A stretch of 32,000 nucleotides of DNA from an uncultured archaeon (GTDB lineage Archaea; Asgardarchaeota; Jordiarchaeia; Jordiarchaeales; Jordiarchaeaceae). The notes beneath the pieces are model-generated. The model ran no database searches. It was not told where the DNA came from and worked only from the letters and a program-made list of their open reading frames with translations. The translations under genes and the position numbers were made by a program. This document shows, piece after piece, positions 1 to 7,434 of the stretch (positions are counted from its first letter, which is position 1; each line of letters opens with the position of its first letter). The stretch covers positions 60,001 to 92,000 of the forward strand of contig CAZECW010000020.1 in assembly GCA_964510585.1 (NCBI GenBank). The letters run 5' to 3'.

Positions 1-1874
1 ACGGTAACTTGGGGGGAGGCATTGTTGGCTGCGCACTGAACGAAGTAATTGATTTCAGCATCGTAACTGTAATGTGTTCTGCGGACTGCCATTGTTAGCT
101 TGTTAACCAAGTCTGTGAGGGTGGACTCTACAGTGTATTTGGTTTCTCTTTTTTCGTCTTTTCTTCTCAGTTTTATAGAGAACGGGGATCTTAGGATGTC
201 TAGTTTTAGGGTGGCTTTTTTGCCCCTTATTTCCCAGGGAAATGAGGGGATTATGCTGTCTCCGAACCAGCTTAATTCAATGTTTGCAGTTGCTCCATTT
301 TCCATGTTAAACGTCAGGTCTGCATTGTCGTAGACGCCATACCTTTCTATGGTGGCAGTGGCTTTTTGCACTTTTTCAATTTCTCCACATAGGTATCTTA
401 GCATGTCTATGGCGTGGGGTCCAAGGTCTGTTATGACGCCGTATTTGTCTTTGAATCTGAAGGGTGTTAGGGCCTTCCATGTCCTTTGGTCGCTCTTGAA
501 TAGTGCCTTTATTTCTTTTATTTCTCCGATTTTTCCTCGAGAGATAATCTCATTTGCAAGTTTTACGCTTGGTGTGAATCTGTAGTTGAAGGCGGGCATG
601 ACAATTTTTTTGATTCCATTCAAAGCTTCCATTATTGTGTAGCAGTCTCTGGCGTTGGTTGCTAGAGGTTTTTCGCATAATACGTGTTTTCCTTTTTCTA
701 GGGCTTCTATGGTTATGGTTTTGTGGAGTTCGGGAGGGGTGCAAATGGAAACGGCATCGATTTTTCTGTTTTCCAGGAGGTCGTGGTAATCAGTGTAAAC
801 TTCCCGCACGTTAAACTTTTTTTGAATTTCCCAGAGTCTTTCCTGATTGGGGTCTGCTGCGGCTTCTAGCCTCACGTTTTCAAGCTTTGAGTAGCCAGGG
901 AAGTGTAGGAGTTCCGCGATTTTACCTGCACCAATGACTCCTATCCCAACCTCTTTAACTCCAGATAGCCTTGTGGTCTTGCTGGGTAGGAACAGCATTC
1001 TAAGTGTGGATGTGCCGTCTTTTACCAAGCCTGTAACTGAAATCTCTGGCCTCCTAAACTTTTTAGCGACTGATTTGGGATCAACCCCTACCACTTCGAT
1101 TTTTGATAGGTCAATTTCACCCACTCCTCCCTGGTGGGTTTTCACTATGGTCTTTATTTTTTGGGGTTTAAAGCCCATTATATGGGCTGCGACGGAATCA
1201 ACTGTAACTGGGTCTCTACCGCACAAAATCACGTTCATATCCACAGGCGTGCCGACTATGGGGCCTCTTCCCTCCATCCCTATGATTCCATCCACCACTA
1301 TAAGGTCTTGTTTTACTGCCAGATTTATTAAGGGGATGATTTCCTCCAGGATGGGGTGATAAAATGCAGCTTTACTCTTTTCAGGGAGAAGTCCATACAG
1401 GTTTTTTAGGGCAACCGTAATAACTGTGATTTCGTGAGTTTTCAGTTTTGGAACATTTATAAAGTAAGGCGCCTCCAAAACAGTTTTGGGTAAGCGAATC
1501 TTTCTCTGACCTACCTCCACGTCTACAATTTCGTCGTGGCTCAGATTAAGGAAGGAAACCTGGTTTTTTCTTATAACTCCCATAGCTCCGCTCTGTTCCA
1601 TTCTTATCTCAGCTGGATTTGATGTGCTGTCGCTTTCAACAACCAAGACTTTGTTTGAATGATCCTTAGCCACATGAATAACCGCATCAAGGACACGCAA
1701 ATCAGTATTCACATTACCATAAATGTCCTTATGATAACAAATGTTAGGCTTTATTACTATCTGGTCACCATAATCTACATCTATTCCGCCGATTAGTTCA
1801 ATTCCCTTCCTAACTGTTGCTTCCACATCCTTAACTTTCAACAAACTTACTTTGGGCAAACTGTACGCCTCCAT
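1..1874 (-). CDS. DUF362-domain / Gfo-Idh-MocA oxidoreductase fusion, 3'-truncated by the window edge (>624 aa; absent from ORF track)
   Basis: Manual translation from ATG at 1874, with frame confirmed at 1310, 950 and 20. N-half (MEAYSLPKV...) has DUF362 motifs IVIKPN, INVPKLKTH, VALKNLYG and DGIIGMEGRGP. C-half has Gfo/Idh/MocA motifs VGIGVIGAGKIA, DAVSICTP, GKHVLCEKP and DLGPHAID. No stop is reached before coordinate 1. Confidence 0.9.
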   Translation of the reverse strand, partial: MEAYSLPKVSLLKVKDVEATVRKGIELIGGIDVDYGDQIVIKPNICYHKDIYGNVNTDLRVLDAVIHVAKDHSNKVLVVESDSTSNPAEIRMEQSGAMGVIRKNQVSFLNLSHDEIVDVEVGQRKIRLPKTVLEAPYFINVPKLKTHEITVITVALKNLYGLLPEKSKAAFYHPILEEIIPLINLAVKQDLIVVDGIIGMEGRGPIVGTPVDMNVILCGRDPVTVDSVAAHIMGFKPQKIKTIVKTHQGGVGEIDLSKIEVVGVDPKSVAKKFRRPEISVTGLVKDGTSTLRMLFLPSKTTRLSGVKEVGIGVIGAGKIAELLHFPGYSKLENVRLEAAADPNQERLWEIQKKFNVREVYTDYHDLLENRKIDAVSICTPPELHKTITIEALEKGKHVLCEKPLATNARDCYTIMEALNGIKKIVMPAFNYRFTPSVKLANEIISRGKIGEIKEIKALFKSDQRTWKALTPFRFKDKYGVITDLGPHAIDMLRYLCGEIEKVQKATATIERYGVYDNADLTFNMENGATANIELSWFGDSIIPSFPWEIRGKKATLKLDILRSPFSIKLRRKDEKRETKYTVESTLTDLVNKLTMAVRRTHYSYDAEINYFVQCAANNASPQVT

Positions 1875-1958
1875 AGCAAGCTACGCCAGAAGATATCCTA
1901 GTCCTCAAACATGCTGTACCTGCTTTAGTTAACAGATATACTATTCACACGGCGCTTT

Positions 1959-3113
1959 TTATTTTTGAGTTTTTTCCCACTTTATTTCCTTTCTTCTTAC
2001 TCTGAAGAATAAAATGTTCTGGTAGAGGACTAAGAAGGATAAGGGTGCTAGGTAGAGCCAGGCTCGGGGCTTTCTGAGTTTTAGACAAAAAATAAGGGCG
2101 CCCAAATTAATGAAAAAGATTCCTCCCACAAGAATAAAGATAAGCGGAACTAATTCATGGTAGAACACGCCAAGTGTCAGCGAAAATGGTAGCAAGGCCA
2201 AACAGACCGCGTTTAGGGAGGGAGCAATATATCTAGAGGTGAAAGATAGGAAGTTGGGTATTCTGGGTTTGGGAAACATTCTCAGTCTCTGAGCACTATA
2301 CTTGGCGGTGGCTTGATCCGACCCTCTGCTCCACCTTCTCCTCTGCTGGACAAAATCTCTGAAAAAGCGAGGCTCAAGCACTTTCACTCCTGCTTCCTGG
2401 GTGTAAACTATTTTGTAGCCGTCAACATAAATCCTATACCACAATTCATGGTCTTCAGCTAACATTTCGGCGTCAAAGCCACCGGTGCGTTCAAGATAAG
2501 ATCGCCTCACCGCGTAGTTGTAGCCAATTAGAACTGGTACCGCGACCAGTTGTCCTCCCTGCCAGAGGGTGTATTCAAGGTCGATGACGCGGCCGAGAAA
2601 ATTGCGTCTTTCAGCTTCGTACCTTCCTTGGACAGCCATTACTTTTGGATCGTCAAAGTGTTTAACTAGAGCTTTTAAGGCGTCTGGTTCTATACTGCAG
2701 TCCGCGTCATATACTGCTACTATCTCTCCGTTTGACACAGATAGTGCCTCGTTTAAACCGTAAGCCTTTGAAAATCTTTTTTTGTGTTTTATTCTTTTTG
2801 TGTTTTTCCAGTCTTTTGTTTCATTTTCTATAATTTCAAAGGTTCTATCAGTTGAGTCGTCGACAAAAATGATCTCCATTTTCTCTTTTGGGTAGTTTAA
2901 ATTGCGCAAACTTTTCAATACTCGTTCAACATTTTTTTCTTCATTGTAGGTTGGAACAATCACGGTAACTGTGGGCAAATTCTTCTTATCCTTCCCTTTC
3001 TCCATCTTAAATATTGATGCTAATGCGGTGAAAAAGTAAATAATAGGTATTACTAACATTATTATTGCTAGGAAAATATAGATGGCGACTAGTGCGAGGG
3101 GTAGGTTCAACAA
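1959..3113 (-). CDS. Membrane-bound family 2 glycosyltransferase, processive type (cellulose synthase/PgaC-like), ~384 aa
   Basis: Motifs IVPTYNEE, VDD, YDAD, AED and QQRRRW (QxxRW), with N- and C-terminal hydrophobic helices. Start moved from 3248 to the TTG at 3113 (or 3110), just after the upstream stop, to remove a 133-nt overlap. Confidence 0.9.
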   Translation of the reverse strand: MLNLPLALVAIYIFLAIIMLVIPIIYFFTALASIFKMEKGKDKKNLPTVTVIVPTYNEEKNVERVLKSLRNLNYPKEKMEIIFVDDSTDRTFEIIENETKDWKNTKRIKHKKRFSKAYGLNEALSVSNGEIVAVYDADCSIEPDALKALVKHFDDPKVMAVQGRYEAERRNFLGRVIDLEYTLWQGGQLVAVPVLIGYNYAVRRSYLERTGGFDAEMLAEDHELWYRIYVDGYKIVYTQEAGVKVLEPRFFRDFVQQRRRWSRGSDQATAKYSAQRLRMFPKPRIPNFLSFTSRYIAPSLNAVCLALLPFSLTLGVFYHELVPLIFILVGGIFFINLGALIFCLKLRKPRAWLYLAPLSFLVLYQNILFFRVRRKEIKWEKTQK

Positions 3114-3115
3114 AT

Positions 3116-4036
3116 CTATTTTCTCCTTCTGATTTTCCTCCAAATATTTATCATGGAGTCTAAAGTCTTTAACGGTTCTTTTCTGGTTAGGGAGGGAACC
3201 AGGTATCCAGCTGCGTAGAAGAAGTGGATTAGAAGGTTGGGTCTCCAAAACGCCATATAGCCATACATGGATGCCAGCAAAATTCCTAGATTAATGAGGA
3301 CTTTTTTGGCAATCCTACCATAGAGGTAGTAGTCGCCCACACTTATCATATAGGCCCTTCTAAGCAAATGTTCTATTTCGATGCGGTTTTTCCAAATCTT
3401 GTGGAAAACCTCCGCCTTGGGAGCATATACCACTCTAAAACCGGAGTTCCGCACCCTATTGCTAATACTGATTTCTTCCCCGAAGACTTTAACTCCTCGG
3501 GGCCCCAGCTGCTCTTTAAACCCTCCAATTTTTTGCGCCAAATCCCTTCTAATGGCCAAGTTTCCTCCTATGGGAAAGTATATGTCTCTAACCTTTTCCC
3601 CCCAATTGGTTACACCCAGAATTCCATAGACATCCTTTCCCAACCATGTTGGCTTCTTTGCTCCCACCATTACTAGACTTATTTTTCCCCCAACACATCC
3701 TACGCTACTATCCTTGAAGATGCTGTTAATTTCTTTTAGCCACGACCTATTTGCAATGCAATCATCATCAATAAACGCAACTATGTCCCCCTTGGCGATT
3801 TGAAGCCCATAATTTCTCGCCGCCGCGATTCCTATCCTCTGAGAGGGCCTAACAATCCTAAAATTTGAAATTCTGGAAAATCTGGATTTTAGCTCCTCGT
3901 AGCTTCCATCATCAGACCAATTATCTGCTACAATGACTTCGTAGTCCCCATCAAACATTTGGCGAAGCGTGCTCTTCACAGTGTCAACTACATGTTCCCT
4001 TCTATTGAATGTTAAAATAACAACTGATATAACCAT
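3116..4036 (-). CDS. Family 2 glycosyltransferase (AglG-like)
   Basis: Motifs ISVVILTFNR, DNWSDDGS, ARNYG, FIDDD, GGNLAIRR and GEE; hydrophobic C-terminus. Confidence 0.9.
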   Translation of the reverse strand: MVISVVILTFNRREHVVDTVKSTLRQMFDGDYEVIVADNWSDDGSYEELKSRFSRISNFRIVRPSQRIGIAAARNYGLQIAKGDIVAFIDDDCIANRSWLKEINSIFKDSSVGCVGGKISLVMVGAKKPTWLGKDVYGILGVTNWGEKVRDIYFPIGGNLAIRRDLAQKIGGFKEQLGPRGVKVFGEEISISNRVRNSGFRVVYAPKAEVFHKIWKNRIEIEHLLRRAYMISVGDYYLYGRIAKKVLINLGILLASMYGYMAFWRPNLLIHFFYAAGYLVPSLTRKEPLKTLDSMINIWRKIRRRK

Positions 4037-4281
4037 AGAAAACTACCCTAGCAAATTAGAACATTATACCCCATTTTCTACTTTTCGGAAATCCTCAGAG
4101 ACCAAATCAGATATAAACTAAAGGAAATCCAAATATGGGAGTGGTAATAGAAAACTTGTAATAATTTTCTGTCCACCACAAGTTCCGATTTTTGAATTTT
4201 TAAAATAAAAAGGTTTAAAGACAGTTTTATATTAATTACGTGGGTGAAACTCTACAACGCGTTATAAGGAGATACAGTGAA

Positions 4282-5205
4282 ATGGTGTTGTCTGTTTCCG
4301 TTGTTTTGTGTGCCTACAATCGCAAGAAGGATGTTGCTGAGTGTTTGGAGGGTATTCTGAGCCAAAATTATCCCCATTTTGATGTGTGGGTAATAGACGA
4401 CGCGTCAACAGACGGAACCTATGAATATTTGAAGAGTAGATTTGGTCAATACAAAAATTTTCACATCTTTAGAAATGATACTGAGATGGGGAACACTCGC
4501 TCAAGAAACCTTATTATGCGTAAATCTAAGGGGGAAATAATAGTTTCCACAGATGATGACTGCATAATTCATCGAGAGGACTGGATAGCGAACCTAGTGA
4601 AGGTTTTTGAAGAGTCTCCTCAAATCGGGCTGGTCACCGGAAAGGTGCTTCCCATATTTTATGATAGAGTTCCAAAGTGGCTGGAGCCCCCAATTTACCC
4701 CATACTAGCAATAAGAACAGAGAATCAGCGCACCGAAGCCTTAAATCCCTATGGCTGCAACATGGCGGTGCGGAGAAGCGTTATGGAAAAAATCAATTTT
4801 CTAAATGAAGACATAACCAGAAAGTCTGGAGGACTTTACTCTGGCGAGGATACCGACTTGGGACTAAGGGTGAGGGCGGCAGGCTACAGAGTAGTTTACA
4901 CTCCAGACGCAGTAGTTAAACACAAAATGTTCAAGGAGCGCATATCAAAAGAGCACTTCATTAGACGCGCCCTATATTTCGGCATGTCCGAAGAAGTGTA
5001 TGCCGGGTCAAACTTGTGGAAACTACTTGACGGAGCGGCAAACATAATAATTTTCCTATTCAAATTTATTGTGAGACCCAAATTCTCCACCTTGACACTG
5101 ATTGCTTACAAAACAGGTTTTATGATCAAAGCCCTAGGAGGAAACGAAGAAACTCTTGAAAGATGGAGAAAAACGTTTATGCGACTGGCAGCCAAAACAA
5201 AGTAA
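4282..5205 (+). CDS. Family 2 glycosyltransferase (AglG-like), paralog of 3116-4036
   Basis: Motifs VSVVLCAYNR, DDASTDGT, TDDD, GCNMAVRR and GED. AGGAGA at 4267-4272 supports the ATG at 4282 rather than the GTG at 4240. Confidence 0.9.
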   Translation: MVLSVSVVLCAYNRKKDVAECLEGILSQNYPHFDVWVIDDASTDGTYEYLKSRFGQYKNFHIFRNDTEMGNTRSRNLIMRKSKGEIIVSTDDDCIIHREDWIANLVKVFEESPQIGLVTGKVLPIFYDRVPKWLEPPIYPILAIRTENQRTEALNPYGCNMAVRRSVMEKINFLNEDITRKSGGLYSGEDTDLGLRVRAAGYRVVYTPDAVVKHKMFKERISKEHFIRRALYFGMSEEVYAGSNLWKLLDGAANIIIFLFKFIVRPKFSTLTLIAYKTGFMIKALGGNEETLERWRKTFMRLAAKTK

Positions 5206-5291
5206 AGCCATCTCAAATCAAGAGAAGGGTTCCGAAACCAATAAAAGATAAAGAGTCTTAATTAATACATCTACAGATTCATGGAAAAGGG

Positions 5292-5645
5292 ATGTTTTTA
5301 ATGGAAGATTATGAAACTTACTGCTTTGCTGAAAAGTTAAAGGTGCTTTCAATCATTTTCTCATCTATCCTTACAAGGTACTCAGCCTATTTGGAGGATA
5401 GAGGGGAACCAGAACCTAAGGAGGTAATTTGGTGGGTGCTGGACGCGATTAACCGTGAGGCAAGCATAGCGGTTAACGTCACAAAATCCGACCTTTTCTC
5501 CAACGCACTCGAACTGTTTAACAAAGCAGAAGAGAACCTACTCTCAGGTGATATTGAACAGGCAATCAGAAAAATAGCCGAAGCCACAACTAGAATTACA
5601 ACAGAGGCTGACAGAACTCTTAGAAAAATAGAGAGAAAAAGGTAG
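5292..5645 (+). CDS. Hypothetical all-helical protein (~115 aa)
   Basis: Protein-like amphipathic composition. It fills the gap between GT2 and the next convergent gene, and no motif was recognised. Confidence 0.6.
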   Translation: MFLMEDYETYCFAEKLKVLSIIFSSILTRYSAYLEDRGEPEPKEVIWWVLDAINREASIAVNVTKSDLFSNALELFNKAEENLLSGDIEQAIRKIAEATTRITTEADRTLRKIERKR

Positions 5646-5784
5646 AGAAACCTTCTATTGCCCGCGCTGGAAAGTAAGTTTAAACCCCTAACTATGCACC
5701 CTGTAGAACATCTTATTTTACGACTTTTGGCCGGTTCCACATTTAAAGTGACTGCTGATGAAATTTTTCATTCCCGCTGGTTCC

Positions 5785-6336
5785 TTAAGAAGCTGCTACA
5801 CTAAATATTAGGATCATGTGCCAGTTTCCATTTGCAGTTACTAGATTAGGGCGATTAGTTTCGTTATTAATAGGGTTGTATAATCCCACTAGTCCAAAGC
5901 ACTCGTCAACAGTGCGCCAACCGCTGGGCCAAACATTCTTCATTAGGGCTCCGTATATGAACAGTGTTACATTTCCCTCAAGGCTAAGAGTGATGGATGG
6001 CGTATAATAGTCTACTGGTACAAAGTGCCAACCCGTGGTTCCATTGCCTAGCACCATTCCGGGCACTATGCCTGAGGGCGTCGAAGCTAAAACTACGAAC
6101 ATCATTAAATCGCCACTCTCCTGAATATAATAAGTGTTAAAGCTCACTGTAAGATTATATGGCCCCTGTTTACTTCCCACATCACTAGCACTCAATTGAG
6201 GAGAATATAAGTTAGGAATATATGAGTTCGTAGACCAACATGTATTTGAGGCTCCTATGGGTGCGAGCGCAAATACTGAGAAGGCTAATGCAATCATCAT
6301 AGTTAGTGTTATACTAATCAACCGTTTATTTCTCAT
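5785..6336 (-). CDS. Secreted/surface protein of unknown function
   Basis: Signal peptide (MRNKR + hydrophobic stretch + AxA-like region). N-glycosylation sequons NLT, NGT, NVT and NET. Beta-rich-looking body. AGGTGA precedes the start. Confidence 0.75.
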   Translation of the reverse strand: MRNKRLISITLTMMIALAFSVFALAPIGASNTCWSTNSYIPNLYSPQLSASDVGSKQGPYNLTVSFNTYYIQESGDLMMFVVLASTPSGIVPGMVLGNGTTGWHFVPVDYYTPSITLSLEGNVTLFIYGALMKNVWPSGWRTVDECFGLVGLYNPINNETNRPNLVTANGNWHMILIFSVAAS

Positions 6337-6427
6337 TTCAGGTCACATCCGCTGTTAAAACAGTGTATCATTTAGGGTTAAAGTCTTAGTTATAGTTTTG
6401 CTATAATGCAAACGGGAATAAAAAGTT

Positions 6428-6943
6428 TTAGGTACTGTTCTTAAAGTAATGATTTGTAACGACTTTGATCATCTCTGAAAAGAGCTTCTCTAATCCCTCA
6501 CCGCTCTTGGCATTAACAGTAATCACATTACTGTCCGGCACATTAAAAACGTTCTTAACTTCGTTTAAAAATAAAGAAGCCACCGAATTTTTCTCGTTTA
6601 CGGCAATTACCATTGGAACCTCCTTACTCCCAACTATTTCCTCATAAATTGTGCGCGCCTTTGAAAGGGAGTCTGGATCCTCATTATTCACTACTAGGAG
6701 CAGAGCATTCAATCCCTTAGACAAAGATTTTCTAACCACCGAAAATTGATCCGCCCCCGGAGTTCCAAAGAAATGAAAACGCGAGCCATCCACATCAAAA
6801 TATGTATAATCCATACAAACGGTAGAACCCGCAGCATCAATATGAATAAACCCTTTTCCACTAAACTTTTCCGCCAACCTTGAAACAATTTCCGTTTTGC
6901 CGCTAGCCCGCGGTCCCGCCACCACAACCTTAAACTGCTGCAT
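6428..6943 (-). CDS. Small GTP-binding protein, MglA/MJ1339-like family
   Basis: G1 GPRASGKT, MDY before the G3 strand, G3 FFGTPG, G4 region VNEKN, G5 region NAKSGEGL; 171 aa. Confidence 0.85.
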   Translation of the reverse strand: MQQFKVVVAGPRASGKTEIVSRLAEKFSGKGFIHIDAAGSTVCMDYTYFDVDGSRFHFFGTPGADQFSVVRKSLSKGLNALLLVVNNEDPDSLSKARTIYEEIVGSKEVPMVIAVNEKNSVASLFLNEVKNVFNVPDSNVITVNAKSGEGLEKLFSEMIKVVTNHYFKNST

Positions 6944-7202
6944 GAGAAACCCTCAAAGACCCTAAAACATTATAAGTTTATAATATTACACCAATAAATA
7001 ACTTTCGCCGCCCAAAAACCCCAATCCGCCGCCACAAAAAAACATATTAACAATAATCATTTAAGTATTAAAAAATTAAAGCAAAAGTCACTAAAAATTA
7101 TTAATTTCTAAAAAATTCTGGGAATTATCCCTAAAAATCTTAATACTTATGAATGATTTTAAAGCCTACCTTTTTTAGCAGAAATCAGAGATTGGATAAG
7201 CA

Positions 7203-7218
7203 ACCCCCGGCGGGGGGT
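7203..7218 (-). other. Short GC hairpin directly 3' of the SECIS-like element (possible terminator or stabilising stem)
   Basis: Minus strand A-CCCCC-CGCC-GGGGG-T at the end of the hdrA-mvh operon, before an AT-rich intergenic region. Confidence 0.4.
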
Positions 7219-7222
7219 GTCC

Positions 7223-7257
7223 CCGATGTCTTCCCTCTTCGGGGTTTCAGACACCGG
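7223..7257 (-). promoter_or_regulatory. SECIS-like element (selenocysteine insertion sequence) in the 3' UTR of the vhuU-like gene
   Basis: Minus strand CCGGUGUCU-GAAA-CCC-CGAAGA-GGG-A-AGACAUCGG: a 9-bp lower stem (one G.U), a purine internal loop and a 3-bp C-G upper stem. It matches the archaeal stem-GAA-CCC-loop-GGG-A-stem SECIS pattern and lies ~85 nt downstream of an in-frame UGA at the Sec position. Confidence 0.85.
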
Positions 7258-7258
7258 A

Positions 7259-7408
7259 TCAGCCGGAGCCAATCACAATCTCTTTGCTCGCAATCTCCTT
7301 ACCCTCACTGTCAAGGATAACAAGATGCGCCGAACAGCTAAGTCAGCAGTCATATGACCGCATAACCATCTCCAAGAGATTAAGAATCTTTGGGTCGATT
7401 TCTGGCAT
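7259..7408 (-). CDS. vhuU: VhuU-type selenoprotein: separate C-terminal peptide of the [NiFeSe] hydrogenase large subunit (49 aa, Sec at codon 22; absent from ORF track)
   Basis: Translation MPEIDPKILNLLEMVMRSYDC-U-LSCSAHLVILDSEGKEIASKEIVIGSG*. In-frame TGA at 7345-7343 falls at the first ligand of the L2 motif (DPxxxCxxH). It has its own RBS (GGAGGA, 7423-7418) and a different frame from mvhA. Confidence 0.92.
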
Positions 7409-7434
7409 TTTTCCTTATCCTCCAACTATTTTCC

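Noticed and set aside
100-1359. Track ORFs at 100-333, 349-585, 550-744, 934-1359 and 1134-1331
   Set aside because: They are shadows of the long minus-strand DUF362-Gfo/Idh/MocA gene, which the track omitted because it has no stop inside the window.
7062-7149. 10-bp inverted repeat TAAGTATTAA/TTAATACTTA and short CTAAAAAT repeats
   Set aside because: Very AT-rich context, too weak to call a MITE or an operator.
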